This document shows positions 49,247-59,000 of a stretch of DNA of 64,000 nucleotides, in pieces (positions within the stretch are counted from its first letter, which is position 1; each line of letters opens with the position of its first letter). The notes beneath the pieces are model-generated. The model did no database searches and was not told the DNA's origin. It saw nothing but the letters and a program-made list of their open reading frames with translations. The stretch is from Klebsormidium nitens (taxonomy: Eukaryota; Plantae; Klebsormidiophyceae). The translations under genes were made by a program, and so were the position numbers. The stretch lies in the NCBI GenBank assembly GCA_000708835.1, contig DF237470.1:800-64799 (forward strand). Direction: 5' to 3'.

Positions 49247-50007
49247 CATTGACGTGGTAGGACGGTAATTCAGCCAGAAAAGAGGGTTTCTAGGGTTTGA
49301 AGGGGCGTAACTTGGTCATAACGTGGTCAAATCGAGTCCCGTCTTTTGCATCTTTCGGGGGGGACCAAGGAGGCCCCCTCGAGCACTCTGGGACCACCTC
49401 GAACTCACTGACGACTTGTCGAGGAAAGTCTGAAGTTGAGGAAGTTTGAACATTTACCCCCCTACATGAACCCTTGGCCGTCAGAAAAACGAAATGATAG
49501 AATTCTCATTGACCCCCCTAAAACTGAATCGGGGCAAGCTGGGATGTCTATCGAACGGTTAAATCACAATATTGACGAAAATGTGCACCGTTAATGGTCA
49601 AAACTCCCAGCTTATATGCTCAAAATGGTTTTTTCTCAGGTTGTTGACCAGGTATGTTCCCCTGGCGGTGCACATTTCCGTCAGATTTTTTTTGGAAAAA
49701 TGTTTTTGACATCCCAGCTTGCCCCGAAGGTGATTTCCTCTTGTTCGAAGGAAATTTATCGTGGCAGTTGACAGGCAGAAAATCCAATGGAAATACCCCT
49801 TTGAACCAGGTTGTTTGGAGTTGGCAGGGTTTCTCAGACTGACCCAAACTACTTCGAGGTGGTTAGAGGAGCTTCGAGAGGACCCCGAGGGTGTCTCGAA
49901 GCCATTGGAGAAGACGAAACCTGATTTGGTTTAGTTTTGAACATTCTATGAACCAGAACGTAAACCAGGGTCAATCCAACCTGAATTACCGTCCTACCAC
50001 CGCAGTG
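49247..50007. mobile_element. Non-autonomous TIR DNA element (~760 bp) with CACTG-like termini
   Basis: Perfect 20-bp inverted repeat GTGGTAGGACGGTAATTCAG (49254-49273) / CTGAATTACCGTCCTACCAC (49981-50000), extending imperfectly to CATTG… / …CAGTG. No transposase ORF. The TSD is ambiguous. Confidence 0.75.
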
Positions 50008-50136
50008 CGACGCAGTGCGATCTTGTACACTATATCTTTGCCCTCTGGGCTACCGAAAGAAAAGAAAGGTATACCGAAAGAAACCATCTATAAGCTGACC
50101 CTCATATCATGCACTGCATGTACCGTACCTGATATA

Positions 50137-50390
50137 CCGTACCAGCGTTTAATTTCGTTTTTAATTAAATAATCATTTGGGCTGCCGAAAATTTTTGAAA
50201 AAGTATTCATTCGATGACGAAAAGGTCGAATAGAAAAAATGGGCGTTAAAGGCTGGTAATGGTTCGTTTTAGCAGAGGAATGCTACTTTTACGAAATGTT
50301 GGAAATATATAAATCACTCCGCCGAAATGTCAGATCGATTCGAAATTAATTATTTGGCACCCAGACCGACGAAATTAAACGCTGGTACGG
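50137..50390. mobile_element. Tc1/mariner-type (Stowaway-like) MITE, 254 bp
   Basis: Perfect TIRs CCGTACCAGCGTTTAATTTCGT / ACGAAATTAAACGCTGGTACGG flanked by TA on both sides (50135-50136, 50391-50392). The interior is AT-rich. Confidence 0.85.
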
Positions 50391-50896
50391 TATCATGGGA
50401 GGACATTGCGGGCGCGGGGCGGCCGCCTCGTACTGGTCGTAAGTATACGGTACGTACGGTATACGTACCGGTACCCTAGCGACTAGCTGGTCAGGTTTAT
50501 CAGTGGACCATGATTGTGAGCAAAGTTGGCACCGTAGGCAGTACAGCAGTACTACCTACGGGTGGAAGTTACTAGTACTGCAATACTACAGTACCGTAGT
50601 TGTACAGCACTACACAAAAACCATGGCGTCACCCTGAGTGCTATTACCGGTAGTACCGTACACGTTGTGTGGTGAATACCGTATCTTTGGATGCATGCTG
50701 AATCCTGATCATGTCGATTGAAAGACAGACTGTCACAGGGATATTCTTGGTCACAGTCAACGACGTCGGCGCAGCACTTTCCTCCCCCAGCATGGCGTCT
50801 ACTTTGGGTTGAGAGCTCATTCAGCTGGACTATCAAACCTGTGGGACGTTTATGGGCAAGATCATATCTTACTATATGTATATTGCACATTGAGGT

Positions 50897-51412
50897 GAGA
50901 GCTCAGGCGTTCCCCTTCAGGATGTCCCGCGTTTCGCATTCCTTCGCTGGTTGCATTCTGATTCCCTCGCGATTGCATCAAAACCCTTGCCTGGTTTCTG
51001 AATCCTCTTTAGCTGTTGAACATTGCAACTAGTCTTTTGGGTCTTGATGATTTGTCAGCAAGAGAGCTCAGGCGTTCCCCTTCAGGATGTCCCGCGGTGC
51101 ATAATGCTGCCAGGCTGCTCGTTTCCTTGCTGGTTGCCTTTTGATTTCCTTGTAATTGCATCAAAACGCTTGCCGGCTACTTGAATCCTCTTCAGCTGCA
51201 ACTATCAATTAGTCTTTCGGGCTTTGAAAATTTGTCAGAGAGCTCAAGCGGTCCCCTTCAGGATCTCCTATGGTGCATTATGTGCGGCTGCCAGGTTGTC
51301 GCTGGTTGCATTTTGATTTCTTCGTGATTGCATCAAAACCCTTGCCTATCTTCTGAATCCGCTTCAGCTGCAATAATGCAATTAGTTTTTGGGCTTTGTT
51401 GATCTGTCAGCG
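50897..51412 (+). repeat. Tandem repeat, 3 x ~170 bp
   Basis: Units begin gagagctca(g/a)gcg(t/g)tccccttcaggat at ~50897, ~51062 and ~51238 and share gctggttgc…gattgcatcaaaac…gaatcc…ttcagctg…tttgtcag. Confidence 0.9.
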
Positions 51413-51852
51413 AGTATGTGGCATCATATCACTGTTTGAACATCTGCTTTGGATTTGGAGTGGGCCCCCATTCGCGTAACCCGATCCGTGCTGATTAGGC
51501 CGGCCAGGGATACATAAGCTGATCACATGAAGTAACTCCTGTCTTCCTTACATTCATGTTCACATGTACAGGATTTTACTCAATGTGTCTACATTGCGCA
51601 TTTTATGGAGTGTCCAGACTGGAAGAGCAGGCAGGGGAAGGGTGACTGAGTAAGTTGATGACTTAGCTTGCTTCCACCTGTTTGAGTCCTTGCCGCAAGT
51701 GAAATGAAGGAGATCGATACGGATTCTTCAAAAATGCATCGAATGCAACACGATCATAGCATGCTGGATGCAAGTCGAGTTGACTGTGTTGTGTGTCCTT
51801 TCACAAGATGTTGACATGCATTTCGGTTGCAGGTCTTATCCTTCTTGGCACC

Positions 51853-52400
51853 ATGGCTGGCAATGACCAGGCCGGCGTTGACATACAACCTCTATTGCTG
51901 AAGATAGCAGACGGAGAGCTGCTGAGCCCCGAGAAGCAGGCGGAGTTAGATGGCCTCATTCCAAGGGTCTCGGAGTTGCGCCTGGGAAGACTTTACGAGC
52001 TCGAGCTGGATGTGAGGCCTCTGGCAGGGGTTCTAGGCCGAATGGAGGGGCTGACCTTGCTGCAACTAGTTGGAAACAACACTGACTCCGGGGCTCTGAC
52101 CGAGGCGGTGGGCAGGTTGTCGAAACTCAGCTCCCTGAGCCTGGTGAAGATTGGGGCCTTAGGCGCAAGGGAGCTGGCGGGTGCGCTGAGCAAGATCACA
52201 GGGCTAGCTTTGCTGGACCTAGCACACAACCACATTGGGGCCGAGGCCGCGAGGGCCCTAGCGGGACCGCTGAGCAAGATTACAGGTCTGACCTCGCTGA
52301 ACCTGAATTGCAACTTTATGGGGGTCGACGGCGCGAGGGCCCTAGGGGGAAGGCTGGGCCAGATGACGGGGCTGACCTCGCTGAGCCTCTCCTATAATGA
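51853..52400 (+). CDS. RNI-like leucine-rich-repeat region (about 5 repeats, 28-aa type), N-terminal to the patatin ORF
   Basis: ATG 51853. Repeats include LAGALSKITGLALLDLAHNHIGAEAARA, LAGPLSKITGLTSLNLNCNFMGVDGARA and LGGRLGQMTGLTSLSLSYND. After ~52400 this frame becomes non-LRR and the patatin sequence continues in the +1 frame. Confidence 0.8.
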
Positions 52401-54364
52401 CAAGCGCGCGAAGCGGTGGAGAGGGTCAAGGCACTTCTGTTCTGGGTGTGAGCTGGGTTCAGCGCGAGGGCGAACCGATCGGCGACGAAGTCGATATGCC
52501 CACTTTCAAGGAGCACAGAAACGTGGAGTGGGAGCGGAAAGGGGTCATCCGCATCCTGAGCATCGACGGAGGCGGGGTGAGGGGTGTTATTCCCGCGGTC
52601 ATACTCGGCAAGCTGAAGGAGCATCTGGGAGGGAAGGAGATCTGGGAGTGCTTCGACGCCGTAACTGGTGAGCGGTTCAAAGTTTCTTGACATTGTCTGT
52701 CAGACGTAACCATTCGAGACGCATACGAAACGGACGGTCTCAGTGAAAAGTTTTGGCGATGGGCTCAGTGCGGACAGCCTGGGGACTCTCGTCTTTCTTT
52801 GGAAGCTTTCGTCCGAGTTGCTGTGCTGCAATGATTCTTCATTGGTTCTTGTTTCTGCGGGCAGGCTGTGGGCTGCCTTTAGAAACATTTATCCAGCCTG
52901 TTCGGCTGGCTTCCTTGTTTCTCTGACTAAGATGCGTAATGTAGTTGCACCTCGAAAGAGCGGCACTTAATGGAAGAACTGGTACTTCCGTCGTCAAGCC
53001 AAGAGTTTTGAGTACCTGTGTCGACGACTTTGAAGACGCCCTGTTCCTTGTGCGGCTTTACAAGTACACCGCTTTTCCTGTCGAATCTGAGCCCATGCGC
53101 ACATGCAGCTATCCAACCTCCTTTCCCTTGAGATTGACCTCCTTTCTCTTGATTATGCCCTGCGGTCGGAATCGCGTTCTCACGAATTGTGTCCGTAAAT
53201 CTGGTGAAGCGGTCATACGCTGATTGGCTTGCCTAACACTGAGAAGAGTCATAACGTAGATGGGCCTGCTGGTCCGTTTCCCGATGCTCCACTTTTCCAA
53301 GGAAGGAGAAGCTGAAGCATCGGCCCCACTTCGTCGCTCCAGGCCTGATGACCTTCCCAGCAAAACGTAGCTAGAGCTGGGAGCAACGGATGGATGTTGA
53401 CAAGGAAGTGCTTCGGGGGGCACGGACTGTATCTTACTCACTGATTGTATCTCATTGTCCTTTGTGCGATGCAGGCACCAGCACCGGGGCGATCCTAGCC
53501 AGCATGCTGTTTGCACGGAAGGAGGTGGAGGGCGCCCTGCAGAAGGCTGCCCTCTATAGCCCCGAAGAGGCGAGCGAGGAGTACCTAAAACTGGCCAACC
53601 AGATATTCCCGTCTTCCACCTCCGTCCGTGGATGGAGAAAAGCACTGTGTGGAATTGTTCCTTTGTACTCGGCAGCTCCATTGGAGTCCAAGCTAGTCAC
53701 CGCGCTCGGTGAGCAGACGCTTTCGGACACCCTCAAGCCCCTGCTCGTCCCCGCCTACGACCTGCGATCCTCTTCTCTGGTCTTCTTCAGCAGCATGGAC
53801 AAGGTCAGGGGTAACCTCCCGCTCAGAGATGTGTGCCGAGCCACGTCTGCGGCCCCGACGTACTTCCCTGCAAAATCTTTGGAGGGCCCAAACCTCAACA
53901 TCCTGGCTATCGACGGCGGTATGGCTGCCAATAACCCCGTGCTACATGGCATGGCACATGTTTTCAAATCGCCCAAGAACTTTCCCGGCCCGGTTGAGAA
54001 GATGTTAGTGCTCTCGCTGGGGACTGGAGAAGGCGGGCGCGAGAGCAAGGATCGGTCCAAGTTGGCGAGTCGAGGGCGGTTCGGATGGGTGATGCATCTG
54101 GTCGACGTGATGATGGGCGGGACCTCCCACGCGCAGCACCTCTCGGCGAATAAAACGCTCACGGGGGCAAATTACCTGCGGCTACAGGCGGTTGGGCTGT
54201 CCAGGGAAGACATGCGGATGGACCATGGGGACCCGAAGCATCTAGAGAGTCTCAGGAAGAAGGTCGAGCAGCACGTTTGTGTCCAGGAGCACGGGAAGAA
54301 CGTGTACGAGACATGGGAGGATCGGCTGAAGGACTTTGCGGAGAAGCTCCTTGAGGTTCAATAG
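52397..54364 (+). CDS. Patatin-like phospholipase A (pPLA-II/III-like catalytic domain), ~386 aa if independent
   Basis: Exons 52397-52667 and 53475-54364 join in phase 1. Motifs: oxyanion loop RILSIDGGGVRG, nucleophile G|TSTG across the intron, RATSAAPTYFP, catalytic Asp in IDGGMAANNP, LVLSLGTG. Confidence 0.9.
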
Positions 54365-56085
54365 AGAGGCATAGTAGGTCGTTAACTAGAAGGACGTCAT
54401 GATTGTTTGGTAGGCGGCAGCTCTGGTAGTGGCGCTCATTCAATTGTGTAAATTGTGCATGACACTCGTAGGCAGCATCCTCAGAACAGTGCATCGTTGC
54501 TATTGTTTGTTGTACAGTCCAGTATGCACGGTGTGCATGGTCTTGACTAGCCTGGCTCGCATTGAAGTTGCATCACCTTGTTTGTCAGCCGCCGACAACT
54601 TGAACAACTTGTCATGAGATTTGTCAGATGTTGTGATCTAGAAATTGACCTATTTGAATCCGTCAACCTATATACATGTAGTGCAGAACATCGCACTTTC
54701 TTGAGGGACATGAATGACTGCCCCTCTGCCCCCGGGCCGGCTTATACAATTTACTTTGCCATTTTAAAGTAGATTCAAAGTTGCGTTTTGAGCATGAACT
54801 TTTGAAAACCGTGAACTCCGCCGGAGGCTCGAGCTAGGCAAGCTAATTCAAGTTGTCACTGTCACTGTCCAGCGCCGCCGCGCAGTTGCTTATATATGTT
54901 ATCGTAGCAACATGCAGTGGATCGACCAGAACTTACATGGGACCGGATCAGCTGAGCTGGCGCGCCAATTGAACCTTTATTGTTATGATAATGCTCGGGC
55001 TTGGATATGCATCGGGTATTCATCGGTGTATACGGTATCCGATCTGATGCATGGCCTCAGTCGCTCCAACCGGCCCGCGCGCGCACTGCATATGACTGAA
55101 AGCACTTGCCAGTTGGATCGGATCAAACATTTCATTAAAAATCTCGCTCAATTAAAGTAATGATGCCAGGAGTAATGATATACCACTAGCTGCTTAAAAC
55201 TTAATTAGGTACACAGTGACGCTTTACATATTTGAATTTCGACGCCACATTGACAAGTTGCATGGCGCCGGCCAGCGCGCCTGGCTGGCGTCGCGGCCGC
55301 AGTCAAGTGACTGCCTGCCATGCCAGCGGAACACACAATATAACTTCACGAGTCAATCAAACAAGTTTAAGTATTGATTGATCCTCGCAGGCTAGGATGT
55401 GCGACGCACCCCGGGTCAGGGCCCGGTCGACTAGGCTAGCTTTTTGTATGCAGGCCGGCGCGATCATATATTTGCGTTCAATAAGCTAGATGATCGGAAA
55501 GCATGTTTGTATATAGGCGGCGCGTATATGCATCATGCCTGGCCAAGTGCGTTGCTGCGGAAGGCTTGTGTCTCATGAGTTGAACTTGTTACATAAGGCT
55601 TGCGGTCACCGTGTGCCATGGCACACTGATGGAAGGCTTGTGATAGTACAGCCAGGCTGATCATCTGCCTCCACAGATCCGCCCAGCCAGTCGACCACCT
55701 GGCCGAATGATTTCATTGCAGGCTGCCAGACAACGTACTTCTGGTGGCGAGAGGCCTGAAGTAGCTGTTTTAACAATCGTAAGAGAGATTCTCATGGTGG
55801 CGACTTGAACGATGACAGACTAAAGTTTCCTCTGGTTTTATAAGACGCTTCTTGCTGTTACCCAACTACTTTGCGCTTGTACACATTATTGCAGAACGCA
55901 CATACGAATTGACCAATGAACATCTTTAGACAAACTGTCGTAGCAGTGCACTTGACCTCAACGCTGACCAACCCCCGAAACACTTGACCGTCAACCCTAC
56001 CCTACTCTCTCGGACGACTCTTTGACTGTAACCAACATGCGGTCCCCCAGTTCAAGAAACGCCATGTGCTGATGACCGCCTGATG

Positions 56086-59000
56086 TTACTTGTACGGAGC
56101 GCCAGTGTAAGCGGGCGCCCCTGAGAATTGTTGAGCTTGAGGATAGCCGGGTGGTGGGGCGCCATATTGCATCGCTTGAGGGGGGGGTGCTGTCGTGTAA
56201 CCACCCGGGGGTCCGTACTGGGGGGGGTAACCGGGAGGAGCGCCACCATAGCCGGGGGCTCCAGCATAGGGCGGGGGGGCGCCTCCATAACCGGGCGGCC
56301 CTCCTTGAGGATAACCTGCGGCGAAACGCTGTTGAGTCAGAGCAGGCCCCTAAAGATAAAAAGCTACGAACCATCTGCACGCCCGTGTACAAGATAAGTT
56401 GGAAAGAGGTTGCACTGACTGGCAAAACAATCAGTACGCTGTCAGATACAACTTCGCTATCCTGGAATATGATAACGTACATCCGAACGCAAACCTGATG
56501 TTATTGATAAACAGACCTGACATAAAAGTGTGTTAAGAATCTTTGACCCGCTTTAGTTTGCAGGGCATAGTCGAGAAGTCAGGCTGACGGGCCACGGGAA
56601 GTCTTTCAAGTCTGAAAAATCTCGCTGGCCACACCAACGAGGGGATTAGGTTGACGGATATTGATGGAATGACGTCACGACCAAAGTGTAGACCCGCTTG
56701 AGAAGCATATTCATCGGCCGGATGGTCTTGCATAGAAGCGCTGCTGGCCGAACGACCAGCAATCTTTAGGGGCGCGGTACAAAAGCGGACTGAGAAACAG
56801 CTCTTTTCGAACGGACAGCGGGAAGGTTGAGTCGACAAACTCAATTTCTGGGCGAAAAGTGCGTTCAGCGGGAGATAAACGAAGTCTCAAAAACTCAAAA
56901 GCTTTCGAGCAACGCAGCAATAAAAGGGCAGCGATACAAAGATAAGAAAAGGCGTCAGGTGGGCTACTTAGGTATTCGCCTACTTCAACGATCAGGGTGC
57001 CGTTCCTCCTGCACAAAACATTATCCACCACATGCACCGCCAGAGTCCTCTCAGCAGAACGATCAATAAGTGGCCCCGAACGTGAATCACTCTGAAATAA
57101 AATGCGGAAAGAAACTCTCCATGGGAGCTTGTGTTGCTAGATTACGACGAAATTAACGAGTACATGCTCTGACTAAGGCACGACTGCAGACGTATGTTTT
57201 CACTTACCGGGGGGTCCAGTCTGGTAGCGGTTCATCTCCTGCACCTGAGGGGCGCGAAGGGGCTGGATGCCCTGGGCAGCGAACTTGCCATCGCGCTTGT
57301 CGAGCTCAACCTTGTGCTGAGTCTGCGGAACAGGAAAGGAGCGGGAGTAAGCTTCAGCGGTTTCGGATACAGAGAAGGGTGGAGGGTTGAGGGGGCCAAG
57401 AGGTCATATTCTCGTCAAACAAAAGAAGTAGAGAAGGGGGTGGGAATAGGACTGAAAGTGCCTCAAAACCAGGGATTTTGAGCAGAAGGTGGGAGAGGGG
57501 AAGTTAGAAAGCGGTGAATGCAAGAAGGCGGGAACGCGACCTGAAAATCTTTCGAGTGCGAAGGAAAGAGAGGTTCAGCCCCTCCGCATCGAGAGTTGCC
57601 ATGCGAAACAAGCTCGTGCCTGGTCTGCGGAGCGGGAAAGGACATAAGAACTTTGTGGTTTCGACAGCGACTGAGGAACTTAAGTAACATCATGGTAACA
57701 TGCGATTATCGAACGAGACTGAAGAAAGAAGTTTCAGACAGGACCGAAAAAAGGGTGACAAATATCACAGCCCCAGGTCCGGGACTCGCCGTTGGGGTTG
57801 CCTTTTTGTGCTGGGCCCAGAACAACTCTTGAAAGGGAAAAAAATACATGTGAGACCTCGTTTTTTTTTGGAATGAGGTTTCTGAAAGCCGAAGGTGACA
57901 AGTGGTGGCGATCCTTAAGCGGCTGTGAATTCAATTTGCCAGCCAGCCTTGAGCGGGGTGCGCGCAGGTTCAGACGAAAGGGGGTGATTGCAGGTGTGAA
58001 AAATGCCGGATCAATTAGCGGGTCAGAAAGGTACCCCGAGACTAACGCCAAGCTTGTGAACTCGGCAGCGGCTTACTGAAGGGAAACATGTGTTTCATTG
58101 CTTTCGAGCATGTGGAAAAGAACGGAGGATGACACCAGAACAATGAAACGGCTTACAAGCTGAGTATTCAAACAATCAGTGTCAGTGGTTTCAGAATGGC
58201 GGGCTTCCTAGGCAGAGAGAAACTGCCCGGGCTGTGGACCTGGGTGTGTGCACCAGTGCCAGAGTACACTTTCTAAACAAGCGAGCGAAGTTGCATCTCG
58301 ATAAGAAGGGCTAAACACCCAGACTCAAGTCTGCGAGGATGGTGGATAGTGACTTTGTACTTGGACTGTTGGAAAAAGTTGGCTGCCTCGCCTGATTCGC
58401 CTCGAAACAGGTCTTCTGATCACTCCAGCCCCCAGCTCTATATCGAAAACACAAGCCGTAACAAGAAACAGACTCAGGAAAAAATTCGGTTACCTGCTTG
58501 TGAATGCAGACGGAGTCAACGAGATTAATGCACAACGAGAAAGAAAAGGTCGACGACGGGAGGAAAAGCAGAAGCGGAACCGGAAGCTGACGCGGAAGCG
58601 AATCAGGGACGGCGAGAAAGCGGGACTCGCCTGCATGCAGGCGCAGACGGAGCAGTACACGAGGTCGGAGATCCAGCTGATGCAGTTGGCGAGCTCCTGC
58701 AGGTCTTCGCTGCCGAGCAGGCACGCTGCAATCTGGCACAGGCACGCCAGGTACTGCAGGAAGAACATCGTAGCCTGCAAAAGGAAACAAAAGGGGTTTG
58801 TTCGTCTTCTTGCCCTGGATTCCTAGTCGACATATGGCAGGCTCCTGCAGGTCCTCGCTGCCCAGCAGGCATGCCGCAATCTGGCAAAGGCACGCCAGGT
58901 ACTGCAAAAAGAACATCGTCGCCTGCTTAAACAAACAACGTGATTTCGTTTGTTTATAAGATAATAAGTATCATATAAGATTTGGCGAGCAAACATCCTC

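Noticed and set aside
52401-52671. C-terminal ~90 aa of the 292-aa ORF 51793-52671
   Set aside because: An Arg/Gly-rich off-frame translation of the patatin exon, not a real domain.
55997-56498. ORFs at 55997-56482, 56052-56288, 56128-56397 and 56151-56498
   Set aside because: Alternative-frame or antisense readings of the GC-rich last PLAC8 exon (56315-56086).
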